Assembly: GCF_009914755.1 (NCBI RefSeq)
Contig: NC_060932.1
DNA from: the human T2T-CHM13v2.0 reference genome, Homo sapiens
Length of the DNA: 64,000 bases
Strand: one strand, 5' to 3'
Shown here: piece after piece, positions 36,246-48,912 of the stretch
Layout: each line of letters begins with the position of its first letter
How positions within the stretch are numbered: position 1 is the stretch's first letter
Made by a program: the position numbers and the translations under genes
Notes under the pieces: generated by a model
Seen by the model: only the letters and a program-made list of their open reading frames with translations
What the model was told of the DNA's origin: nothing
Database searches by the model: none

Positions 36246-37549
36246 GTGGTATAGCTAGGAAACAGTGGAAACTGGATTTGAATCTGTATCTGTTCTACTC
36301 TGAGCATGGTGTTTTTAAGTAATCTAATTTCATTTGGCTGAAATTTATTCAAACTGTGTGTCACAGGCAGTTTGCCCTTTATTTCTCTTTATGAAATGAA
36401 AAACTATTGCTGTTAAAGGAATTAAAGGTATCAGCAGACAGAATCTTTCTTGAGAGGTAGGATGAGGAAGTACAAGTCAGTTTCTTTTTCTTGATTTTGA
36501 GAACATGCTGTGTAAAGTTTATTGTGTGTTTGTATGTGTTTTAAGATTACTCAGGGGAAATGATTAGCCAGGCGTCTTTTCTGGCCTCAGAATTCCCCAG
36601 GGGATTGTGTCCTCTGAAAAGCATCCACCAGAGCCTTTTTCCTAGGACCTGTGTGGTGCGGAGGGTCCGAGAGCGTTTTTGGCCTGTCTCTCTGTCACTG
36701 CAGCCTGGCATAAGCTTGCTTGCTTCAGCGTACATCCTGAAGCTGTGCCCCAGCCCTGATCACCTTGTCCTAGAGCCTCCCTTCATCCCTCTTTCACAAG
36801 ACATCTTTCACCTGTGCTCCCCACTGTGGTTGATGCCATCTGACTCTGTCCTTCCATTTTCTTTGGCCTCAGCACTCACAGGATATCTGACTCCAGGCCA
36901 GGAGGAGTGAGCAGCAGGATTTACTTGAGGGCCACTTCGCTGGAGCTTCGGTCCTCCATCAGATTCAGCTGTGGAGTGTGTTCCTCAGGCACAGAATGTG
37001 GGCGTGGTGGACAAGTGGAGTGTGTCAGAGTAGGAAAGGACAGAATTGAGGTTAAATCCCTGAGATGCATGAACATCAGTCTCAATTTATAGAAAGATCT
37101 CTTCACTCTTTTGTGGTAGACAGAATTCCAGTAAACGCTGTGAATTGTGAAATCAGGCCATTTGTTTATTTGTTCATTCATTTATTCATCTTATTTATTA
37201 GACCAACTTCGCACCCCTCTCTTACGTCCTAGGCACTGTCTGGCAGCTTCCCCGCTGAGGAGTTCAGTATGGTGGGAGGCATGTGAACACACATTTTAAT
37301 ACTGTGTGCTAAGAGCTCTGGTAGGAGAGAGTTTGTAAGAATAACTAACCCAACTAGCAGCAAGCAACTCAGGCAACAGCTTCCTGCGGGATGTCATGCG
37401 TGAATTAGATACGAGGACCCCAAGGAGCTGAAGAGGTAACATGGGAGGATTTTACTGCAGGGTGGACAGCACAGGCAAAGGCATGGAGGCATGAAACAGC
37501 ATGGCGTGGAAGCACTAGCAGCTTAATAAATAGCCTGATTAGAGGGGGC

Positions 37550-37553
<4 letters not shown>

Positions 37554-37607
<54 letters not shown>
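37554..37607. repeat. (TG)n(AG)n compound microsatellite
   Basis: Directly visible run of gt followed by ga dinucleotides. Confidence 0.97.
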
Positions 37608-37608
<1 letters not shown>

Positions 37609-40447
37609 AAAGAACAGGCAAGCGTGTGAGCTGGTGGGGGTGGGGTGACACATCTCAAGGCACGCTTTCCCAGTCCTTCCTTCTCCTTTGGCTGAAGTAT
37701 ATTGTTTGGGTGATAGTTTCCCTTTCCTGTCAAATGAGAAACAAATATATCAAATATGTTTCATGTGCTAAGGGATATCGACATAGGGCTAAATTCTTCT
37801 TTTATCTGACTGTTATTTAGTATATATGTCTTAAAAATGGACACAGGTGTGCCTTGCCTATAAAAAAAGTATGGTCTGGCTTTGGGAACAATTCCTGCAT
37901 GCATCTTGATGTGTGCCACAACCAGCAACATTTAAATAAGGCTCCATGGGTAGGTATAATCTGTGTGCATGGACTTTGCTCACATAGAAATTCAGCTCAC
38001 TGGTACATCGTTGTTTGACATTATCTTGCTTACTTTTTAGTCTGTCCTTCCCATGCACTGTGAGTGCTGTGGGAGGGATGGTCCTGCTTGTCTTAGGTAC
38101 TGCTCCATCCCAAGGGCCTCACAGAGTGCCTGGTATATGGTAGCTTCTCACTGAATACTTGTAAAGAATGAGTTTATGAGACAGCCTGTTTTTGTTTACC
38201 CTCTACCACCCCCTTTGCCTTGTTCTCCATGACTGTTCTTTCTTCCTCTCTGGAAAATATTGTCTCTTTTTTTCCACAGGCGTTTTTCATCCTGTTCTCT
38301 CTGCCTAGAGTTTCTCCTGTCTTCTCCATCCCCTCTCTCTTCCTGATCTTTCAGATTTCACATTAAGTATTACACCCTTAGTGAATCTTGCCTTGATCTC
38401 TCAAGCTAGGACAGATGATTTACACACACTCTCACGGAATTGTTTTCCTTTCCTTCTGTGAATTTATCTCAGTTTTTAATGATAAATGTTTGAGAGAGTT
38501 ACTTGAGTAATGTGTTCTGCCCCCATTGACTGCAACTTCTATGCACCTATTTTATTTTCTGAATATAGTCAGTACTAAGAGATTGTATGTTCTCAGTGTT
38601 TACCGGTGGATGAATGAGTGATGATGTGCTTCTACATGAGAACACACCCTGTCCAAGGAGGCTCCTAGAGCTCTTGCCTCCCAGCTATAGCCTCTGTCTC
38701 CCTTAGAATGCTGGGTGCACCTCAGGGCCTGCCCCATGGGGATCTTGTGAACAGCCACTGTAGCACTATAAATTCTCTCTTGTTTCTTTTCTATGCCCCG
38801 GAACAATGTCTCCTCTCTGATTCTTGTACCTGGAATATCTGTTGCTGGTCTATACTTCACTCTCTGTTCCTAGAGAAGAAGCATAGGGCTGGAAAGGAGG
38901 GAAGGGCTGAATGTAGGGAGCCTCACCACTTAGGTTGTGGAAGAGGAGAGGGAAGAGAAATGTGTTTCAGGCATAGCCAATTGGAAAAAGACATTTTTTC
39001 TAGAGAAGATAGCACAGTGTGGCCAGGTTCTTTTATATTGGAGTGTGTTAAACAAGTTTTTGTGGATGGGTGTGGAAACGCAGGTGACCTTTGTGTATTT
39101 TGTTCTTTGTCTTCTAACTTTTCTGTGGGAAAAATTTGTTTTGAGTTCCAAAAATTAGTCTCATATTTCTGGAACACAGCACGAGAGAACTGCCAATATT
39201 CAAATATAAACAGCAGAAACATGGGATGGTTAAAGTGGGAAGAGTGGACACCTATTAACCTTGGGAAGTTAAGCTGAAATACTTTCTTTATAACTTGGAA
39301 GTAATTTTTAATGATGTAAATGACCCAAAGAAAACATGTAAAAGATGGAAGTATATGCAGCAAAATTGCATAAATCTAATGGGTTGCCAAGCTGTGTATG
39401 GGATTATATTGTAAGAACTGTAATTTTAAAGTGATTTTAAACATACCATCGTGTGGCTTAGCTGCCCACCAATTTGAACAAATACTTACTGTGTGCCACA
39501 GTATTTCCAGAAACTCAAAGGAGATGGGGCGCTTATTCTTTGAAACACACAGTTGAGAACATTAAGACAGTGATTCCTCCAACACATGATTACTGTTACA
39601 AAAGAGGGGTATACCATAAGCTGGGGTAGGGGTGGGGGGGATCTGGGAGGGAGCAACTAATGTGGAAAGCAGTAAAACCCAGACTATGTATCAGCCACTG
39701 ACTGTGTATTTAGTAGACTAAAACAGTTGGAAACAGAGTACAGATATTTGGTATTAAGTAGAATTCCGGTAACATATATTTAACATATTGGGGCATATTG
39801 TGATATTTTCCTCGGAAGTCTGCTTTATTGATGATAAAATGGAACAGTGGACTAGAACATGAAAAAAGACTGAATTCAAACTCTGACTTACGTGTGGTGG
39901 CCTTAGTGATTGATTTTATGCGATTAAGGGAAGAAACCTTGCTTAAGATGACTTTATGTCTCAACTATCCTTAGTATTCCATGTTGACCCTAAATGTCAA
40001 TTTATTTATCTTTTGGGAAACAGTGATAACTTTAGACACTTGGTTGCATGTGGTGTGTGTGCATCAGCAGCTGTGGCAAACCCCGACCCTGCCCGCCACC
40101 AGGAGCATGGACCCCTGGCCAGATGCTGCCGGGCACCTTATTCAGGAAGTCAGCCCAGCAGCTGTAGGAGGGCAGGAGCTGGTGCTCAGCCCCATCCCAG
40201 TGGCTGCACAGTGCCCAGTGCCAGGATCCCTCGCTTTGGGCGCTTGTCCAGGAGGAAGAAGGGGGTGGTGCAGTCAAGCGGGCCCTGGGGCAGGCCTGGC
40301 CCAGCGCTCCGTTCTTGGGAGCCCTGCCAGCCCACAGGCCCATCTGCGGCAGGCACGTGGTGCCGCGAGAACTTGGCTCAGGGACGGTTTTTCCGCCATG
40401 CGCAGATTCTCGCCTCTCGCGGGGGCGCCAGGGGGCAGCTGGTTGAG

Positions 40448-40461
40448 GTGCGCATGCGCAC
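40448..40461. promoter_or_regulatory. NRF1 consensus site (perfect 14-bp palindrome GTGCGCATGCGCAC)
   Basis: Contains TGCGCATGCGCA, the NRF1 consensus; about 220 bp upstream of the decayed start codon. Confidence 0.75.
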
Positions 40462-40680
40462 TGGCACCTAACGGCTCTTCTTCGAGTCTTCTCAGAGGTT
40501 GGAGATTCCCTGTCTTCTCCAACCTCTGCCAAGTCTTCAGAGAGGTTGGAGTGCGCCTGTCGGAGGTCGGGGCCAGCCCACCTTGCTCTCTGGTGCTGGG
40601 CTGGGTGGGGTCTGGGTGGGGGTTGGGCAGGGGGAAGGGCGAGGGCAAGTTGTGGCCTCTCTGAAGCTGGTAGCGGGGCC

Positions 40681-40887
40681 ACAAAGATAGTGGCTGTGGA
40701 GAGCCACAAGGGCCAGGTGCCCTTGAGCAACTTGGGTAACCATATCTTTACTGACGTCAGGTACTAGACCCCAGATGAGGATCTCAGGAAGATCCACAAA
40801 GCTGCGTCCAGGGGAACGAACGTGTGGAAGCTGCAGCGGAGCCTCCTGCTCAAGAGTAAAGGACCGGTCTGAAACCTACAAGAACAG
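40681..40887 (+). pseudogene. ANKRD pseudogene exon 1 (coding part)
   Basis: ggggccACAAAG where ATG is expected; TAG at 40765-40767; DLRKIHKAASRG at 40780-40815, matching the recalled ANKRD30A motif; ends aagaacag|GTgtcg. Confidence 0.82.
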
Positions 40888-42589
40888 GTGTCGGGGGCTG
40901 CAGGCTGCGGGCTGCGGGAGGAGGTGGGCGGGTGGGGAGAAGCACCCCCTTCAGAGTTGGGGCTTGGGGAGTGGGGGCGAGGGGAGGCATGGAAAGAATG
41001 GGTGTGCGGAGCGGGCCGTTCTGGTGCCCAGGGTGCTGGGCTTTCTTCCCGGACGGGCTCCGCAGCGCCTGAGATGTGGACGCCTTGGAGGCGGAGGGCC
41101 CGGGCCATCCTTATGAGCAGCAAAATAAACCCAAAACTTTAGCTGGTTTCTGACTCACCCACAGTTCCTCTTACAGAGCACTTCAGAGACAATTTTAAAG
41201 TGATTTAATTAATAAAAGTATGTACAGTGTTTTATTTTTTATGTATACAGTTTAAAATATAATGTTAGATACATTATAGAAAGAAGCATAATGAAAGAAA
41301 TAATTTCCATAATATATCGCCTTCTGGGCTAAGAACATTTTGGGTAAAATCCAATATTTTATATCAATGAATTCTTATGTAAATATGTTCTTTGCGGAGG
41401 GACCTTAGAAGGAAACTTTGAAGTGGGAAGATTGTTTATGTTCTCGAATAAGACGACTCATTTTTCTCAAGGTGTGAGTTCTCTATCAATTTTACATAAA
41501 TAAATTTATCAAAGTTAACATTTTTGAAATACACATGCTTTTAGTATTGTGGTAGCATTAAGAAAATTTTTGTAATGGAGTTAAAATTTTAGTTTTCTAT
41601 ATATCAAAATATGCTATCAATTTTCACTAATAGTTTGCTACCAGCTGAAAAGACAGGTAAATGAATGCAGGAGAATAGAAAATCCAGAAACACCCAAATA
41701 TGTGTAAGAATTTATAGCATGGTAATGGTGAGACTTTATACAAGTAGGAAAAGATGAATTATGTTTATAAATGAAATGCCTGCCTTGTGGAGAAAACAAG
41801 CTAGATTTTTATGTCAACAAAACAAGTTCCTCATGGAATTTAGATTAAAAAATTTAAATATACAAAATTAGAAAAAATTATAAAAAATACCAGAAGAAAA
41901 CACAAATGCCTATTTATATAGATAGATTATGATGTTAACAAAGACCTTCCTAAGAACCTCACAAGCAAGCATTCCGAAGGTTTAATTTAGCAAAATTAAA
42001 ATTAAGTCTGTATATGACAAAAAGCAAAAGACAACATACTTGTAAAATACTTACCGTGTGTGTGTGTACATATTATATCAGAAATAGATCTTTATTTTAC
42101 AGATAATTCTTTCAGATCGACGTGAAAAGAACTCTAAAATTGGGCAAAGTATTTTTTTCAGCTCTGCAAGTGATTTATGCACTTAGGAAAAATTAGTGTT
42201 CCTGGTAAGAGAAGGAATTTAATTTAAAAGCGGAATGAAATACTGTTTTCTAGCTACAAAGTTTGTAAGGATGAAGAGCAGTGATATTTACACTACTGCT
42301 TAAAGTTTAAGTTGCTGATGACTTTTTAAATAGACAATTTGATTGTAAGTAGCACATTTAGAAAATGTTTATGCCCCTTACCAATCAATTCTATTATACT
42401 AAAATATATTTAGGAAACAATGAGAGATATATGCAATTTGATTTTTTCAGCAGTGCTTAAAATATTATTGTATTAAAAAGAGTCCATATAGTGGAAGTCA
42501 TAAATTTGTGGATTAGAGTATTCTGTGAACTTTTAGCACCTTCAGAAGTGAAGAGAACCTTTTTATCTGTGTTTGTTGATTTATATACT

Positions 42590-42868
42590 TTTTTTTTCTT
42601 TCTTTCTTTGAGACAGAGTCTCACGTTCTCGGCTCAATGCCACCTCTGCCTGCCGAGTTCAAGCTATTCTCATGCCTCAGCCTCCAAAGTAGCTGGGATT
42701 ACAGCCATACATTATGACGCCTAGCTAAATTTTTTTATTTTTAGCGGAGATGTAGTTTTAGTTTTGCCATGTTGGTCAGACTGGTTTTGAACTCCTGGCC
42801 TCAAGCAGTTCACCCGCCTCGGCGTCCCCAAGTGCTGGGATTACAGGCGTGAGCCACTGCGCCCAACC
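42590..42868 (-). mobile_element. Alu element (old S/J)
   Basis: Dimeric Alu text with small deletions and T-rich tail. Confidence 0.9.
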
Positions 42869-43090
42869 TATATATACATTTTATTAGACACATATGTTTG
42901 TATTATATATAGATTTATTTCCTATATGGCAATCATTATAGATTAATAATTTTAGTTTAGTTTTATTATGAAAATAAAAATAGCAAGTATAAGTGATTAT
43001 TACCATTGCACAAATATTGCTTTATTTGTAGTAGTTTTTTAAAATATCGAACGTCACAGCGGTATTTATCCATTTTTAAAAATCCATTTA

Positions 43091-43419
<329 letters not shown>

Positions 43420-45559
43420 TCATCACCTATAAGCTGAATACCTGTTGTATAGAAGACATATTCTGCTAACTCTCAAGACCCTTCCATCCTTAAAAATTTC
43501 ATGTTTACCTTCCCAGCCTGAGAGCAAGCTGAGAGGTTTAAAATTGGAGTATTAGGACTGAATCGCAATTGAAGCTTTTTTCCTTGTTTTTCAAACAAAA
43601 GCATTTCTGATGTGAGAAAGCAGTATACATTTTACTTTAAATATCAATATTTTAAAAGAAGTATTAGAGAGTATGCCTTTCTTTTATGCATTTACGATAC
43701 ATATTTGAATTTGTTAGAGTTAAAACATTTTTTTCAAAAAGTTTTTCACCCAGGATTTTTTTTTCTTTCTAACCTACTGTAAAACAACACAGGAAAGCAA
43801 AATTGGCCGGCATAAATTGAATCAACATGTAAAATTTAGGAGACATGCAAAAATCTGTATTTCACGCTCCTCTTAAACAATCAATTCTGGTTTCCCTTGA
43901 GCCCATATTACTGTTTGGTGTGCTATGAAGAGGCTGTAGATTAAAGTAAGTCTATGTTCTCTAGTTTGTCACTGTGCCCACCTAGGTACGTCACTTACTC
44001 AGGTCACACCCTTTACCTCTGTAAATATTTTAGTTAACAATTCCTGTCGTATTGTAAAGATTTCAAGGTTTTTAAGACAGTTGAAAATTATAGTATGTAG
44101 TTATATATTAATCCCTTAATAATGGAGTTGACTTTTAGAATTTAGAAGTTGTTTGTTAAAACAACGATTTTTCTTTATGCCATAAATAATCATCTCATTA
44201 GAATGTTTATAAGCCTTTTTAGGTTAATCGTTGTTATATTTGGATAGGTTATGAATATTGCAGAAAAGATATCTTTCTCCTGAGCGTTGTCCCTTAAAAT
44301 CGAAGTGATTTAGTCGCTTTTATTATGTCAAAATAATCCATATAGATAGGGTAGAATTTTTATTGATAAGTCATTGTATTTGTAGTTTTGATATTTTGCC
44401 AAAAATAGTAAGTAATTTTAAGTAGCAATGGAAATAGATACCAGAATAAAAATGGATTAATGCATTTGAATAAGTAGATGTGCATTGGGGTCTTAGGATT
44501 ATCATTATAATTGAGAATAAAATTTCATACTGAACTTTCTAACAGCTAAGAGAAAATTCTGTCATCTTGTATAGAACAAATCCCATGGACCATTCAATTA
44601 TTTATAAGCAATCGAAGTTCATTTGAAGCCAGACTCTTTTAATTTAGAGCCCATTTCCTTAGCGACTTATTTGGAGCAGGAGGGCCTGACTTTGGCATTT
44701 GGGATCCTGGGACCATTGATAGAATCAGGCAAGTTTGTGTCACCTGGAGGAAACCTCCACCTTTATTGGAAAGCTTTAAAATTGTTTTCCTGAAGTTTTA
44801 ATTCCTCAAATAGTAATGTTTGCCACAAAAAAGTATTTTCAAATAGGGAATAGGCAAAGTTCAAGACATTTCTTGAATACTGAACAAATGATTCACAGTT
44901 TTACAATATTTCTCAAACGTAGATGATCATAGGATCTTTCTGTTGGGGTACAGTCTTTAACTTCTGGTAAAGTAAACTTCTGCCATTTTGAAAATTTATA
45001 ACTGTCTTAATGGTAATATTAATCTCATATGTTACATGAATTCTATACATCTAAATACTAATTTGCATACATTCTGTAAATCTACTGAATAAAATGAGCC
45101 ATTCTTATTTGAATCCTGACTTTCCTTTGGCTTAAAGTTTTTAAAAAATTAAAGTAAAAATGACTGTGTTTTAAAAATTTGTTTCAGTATTTCAACCCTT
45201 TTTTTTCCATAGCACTTTTAAGAGCTAAAATTGATTTAAATGTTAGCCATATGACTAGGACTGCTATTGTCCTGTTGTGTATACTGTACTCTACTTAATG
45301 TCACCGTGGATTATGTGATGCCTCTATTTTATGTATCAATAAAAGAATGTTTAAATGCTGCCAAATATAGTTGTAAAAATAATGAATTATAAATAGGATT
45401 TCAGCATCAGATCTGTTAAAATACGAGAAACTGTGCACCTTAGAATCATTGAAATACGGTGTTATCTCTAACCTTTGAAACATACCTCAAAGGAGGTATA
45501 ATTGTACCATTTTACTTAATTAAAATGTTGTCTTCATTAAGTAGTAGTAATAATTATAA

Positions 45560-45780
45560 TATCTAACAATTATTGAGCCATTATTTGTGCCAGGAACTGT
45601 TACAAATACTTGGCATAGATTCCCAATTAGGTATCACAGTGATGTCCTGTGAGATAACTACTATATTCATCTCCACGTTATTGATGAGAAAATTGAGGCA
45701 CAGAAAGGTTAAGTGATAGCTCATAAATGAAAGACTTTAATGTAGTATTCAAGCTCAAGTTGAACTGAATCCAAAAGCCA
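45560..45780 (+). mobile_element. MIR fragment
   Basis: ttattgagcc..tttgtgccaggaactgt...gatgagaaaattgaggcacagaaaggttaagtga. Confidence 0.7.
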
Positions 45781-45942
45781 AAAACTTTCTAGTCAAATGG
45801 GCTACTCTTTTATTAATGTAGTGACTAATACGAGCTAATAAGTGTTGCACTTTCTTCAGGGGCAAATTAGATGTTTCGAAGGCAGAGGAAGGGCATGCTA
45901 TTTAATGTTTACAATCACATGAATCATGTATGTATGTCTTGA

Positions 45943-46194
<252 letters not shown>

Positions 46195-46257
46195 TGAAAC
46201 GTGGAATGTGTATATTGATTGTTTAGAACTTAAAATTTCTTGGACTAATACTGATAG

Positions 46258-46431
46258 GTTATTCAATGCCAATAAGATGTTTTTGCAACTATTCTGCTCG
46301 ACTTTGGTGCTGATCCAAATGTTGTAGATGTCTGTTGCAACACTGCTCTCCACGACGCTGTCTATAGTAAGAATATACAAAAGGTAGCAAAACTGCTTTC
46401 ACACAACCCAGACATTGAAGTGAAAAACAAG
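46258..46431 (+). pseudogene. ANKRD pseudogene exon 3 (174 bp) with nonsense codon
   Basis: gatAG|gtt...aacaag|GTag; VIQCQ*DVFATILLDFGADPNVVDVCCNTALHDAVYSKNIQKVAKLLSHNPDIEVKNK; TAA at 46273-46275. Confidence 0.93.
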
Positions 46432-46477
46432 GTAGAGATCAACCAATGTTATTTTCAAAATATTTGAAATCCATTTG

Positions 46478-47439
46478 TGTAGGGGTGGGTTGCCCTTCCA
46501 CAGCTGTGGGTGTTTCTTGTAAGGTGGGACGAGAGATTTGGAAAAGAAAAAGACACAGAGACAAAGTATAGAGAAAGAAATAAGGGGACCCGGGGAACCA
46601 GCGTTCAGCATATGGAGGATCCCGCCAGCCTCTGAGTTCCCTTAGTATTTATTGATCATCTGTGGGTGTTTCTCGAAGAGGGGGATGTGTCAGGGTCACA
46701 AGACAATTGTGGGGAGAGGGTCAGCAGACAAACACGTGAACAAAGGTCTTTGCATCATAGACAATGTAAAGGATTAAGTGCTGTGCTTTTAGATATGCAT
46801 ACACATAAACATCTCAATGCTTTACAAAGCAGTATTGCTGCCTGCAGGTCCTACTTCCAGCCCTAAGGCGGTTTTTCTCTATCTCAGTAGATGGAGCATA
46901 CAATCAGGTTTTATACCGAGACATTCCATTGCCCAAGGACAGGCAGGAGACAGATGCCTTCCTCTTGTCTCAACTGCAAGAGGCATTCCTTCCTCTTTTA
47001 CTAATCCTCCTCAGCACAGACCCTTTATGGGTGTCGGGCTGAGGGACAGGTCAGGTCTTTCCTTTCCCACGAGGCCATATTTCAGACTATCACATGGGGA
47101 GAAACCTTGGACAATACCTGGCTTTCCTAGGCAGAGGTCCCTGCGGCCTTCTGCAGTTTTTGTGTCCCTGAGTACTTGAGATTAAGGAGTGGTGATGACT
47201 CTTAAGGAGCATGCTGCCTTCAAGCATCTGTTTAACAAAGCACATCTTGCACCGCCCTTAATCCATTTAACTCTGAGTTTGACACAGCACATGTTTCAGA
47301 GAGCACGAGGTTGGGGGTGAGGTCACAGAATCTCAAGGCAGAAGAATTTTTCTTAGTACATAACAAAATGGAGTCTCCTATGTCTACTTCTTTCTACACA
47401 GACACAGTAACAATCTGATCTCTCTTGCTTTTCCCCACA
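46478..47439 (-). mobile_element. HERV-K(HML-2) solo LTR (LTR5_Hs-like), 962 bp
   Basis: - strand starts TGTGGGGAAAAGCAAGAGAGATCAGATTGTTACTG and ends ...CAACCCACCCCTACA; 6-bp TSD CATTTG at 46472-46477 and 47440-47445. Confidence 0.95.
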
Positions 47440-47859
47440 CATTTGTTTTAACATTGTCATATGTAGGGGTCAGTTTTTCATATTTGGAAGCTCAAGCTCC
47501 CTGAGTGAAAATATTTTAAAATAACTGGGGTTTAAGCATCACTGTAACAAAGATTTGTTGGTTCAGAGTTCGAGGAGATCAGTAAAGAAAAGTAGGAGTC
47601 CAAGCCAGGTCTTGAAATCTATTAGTTTTCTGCCCTGGGTGTGATTGATGAGCTCAGAAATAGGGGATAATCATGTTATCTAATTTGATGAATTAATTTA
47701 TAAATAAATTTTATTACAAATTATCAAATAGCCTAGATGCCCTGAATCACAAGCCACAAAAAAATGGAACATCTAATAACCAAAAGTAGGACTTAATAAG
47801 TTTCTGAAAACTACAACATTTGAATATTAGATCCTATGAAGAAACACACATTGGTTTTT

Positions 47860-47996
47860 TATAATTTATCTTTTATTTTTTGTAGTTACAGGGTCTCCCT
47901 GTTGCGCAGGCTGGTCTTGAAGTATTGAGCCCAAGTGATCCTCCTGTCTCAGCCTCCCAAAGTGCTGGTATCACAGGCGAGTCACTGCATCTGGCC
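47860..47996 (-). mobile_element. Alu monomer (FLAM-like)
   Basis: Single left-arm Alu text (gctggtcttgaa...tgagcccaagtgatcctcc...cctcccaaagtgctgg). Confidence 0.8.
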
Positions 47997-48492
47997 AACA
48001 CATTGGGTTTTATTTGGGATTTTAAAATAGTTTCAGCTATAAGCTTCAAGATTAAGTATTCCATTACTGTTTCTTTGAACAGTTTTTCAAATGTTATGTT
48101 GTTAAAACTTTGTAATAACCTACTGAAATAAGGCACTAAAAACCTCATATTAGAAGAAGACATTGAGCCTAAGAGAAGCAACTTGCTGAAGAACAAATAG
48201 GTGTTGGTTACAGAACTCAAACTTAGGAGATCAGGACATTTTCCATTACGTCAAGCTAACTCTAGTTAATTTCCTGAGCTATACTGCCCTGAATTCATGA
48301 GTATTTCACTTTGCTTTCTTCAATTTGAAGCTTAATAAGTGCATAGAGCTAATAAGTTAGAAGTCTGTGGAATAAGTAGATTTCAGATATTACCCCGACA
48401 CTCTGAAATACCCTAGGAATTTAACACATTGGGTAAATTTTTAATATCAGTGTTGAAATAATACCTCAATTTATCACATATTTGATACATAG

Positions 48493-48557
48493 CATTTACC
48501 AAGAATGTTTGGAATCTGAAATAAAGATACCTAAAAGTCCTCAAAACAGCAATCCAG
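48493..48557 (+). pseudogene. ANKRD pseudogene exon 6-like (65 bp)
   Basis: acatAG|c...aatccag|GTAAGa; IYQECLESEIKIPKSPQNSNP, matching the post-ankyrin '..QN(S/T)NP' exon of the family. Confidence 0.85.
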
Positions 48558-48912
48558 GTAAGACTTTTAATACTAAGCTACTCTTGGTGGTGCTAGCATA
48601 AGATTATTGAGTTTCGATCACAAAAAAGAAATTTAGTGTGTCAATGGTATGTCTGTGTGGCTGTGCATGTGTGTGTAAATATGTTTGTATTTATATAAAA
48701 TTTTTTCTTTGAATAGTTTAGTATTCACAGTTAAGAATTTAGTTTGTAGATAGTTTATAATCTCAAAACCTATTGTCTTAAAAACAATCCTTTATTGAAT
48801 TTTGTTGCCTACAATTTTAAAAAATATTTTTGAATAAATAACAATTTAAGTAAGTGAGTTATATTTTTCCTTTACTGGCATGTTCTAACGAATGAGGTTT
48901 GTGAATACGTGA

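Larger units (their letters stand above)
40060..41110 (+). promoter_or_regulatory. GC/CpG-rich promoter region of the ANKRD pseudogene
   Basis: Abrupt GC/CpG-rich block within AT-rich DNA; spans exon 1; contains an NRF1 palindrome and G-runs. Confidence 0.8.

Noticed and set aside
38708-39363. 189-aa and 146-aa ORFs on opposite strands
   Set aside because: No domain similarity or splice structure; compatible with chance ORFs.
39956-41142. Many overlapping 100-230-aa ORFs in the CpG-rich block
   Set aside because: Expected in GC-rich DNA; only the interrupted DLRKIHKAASRG frame has family homology.
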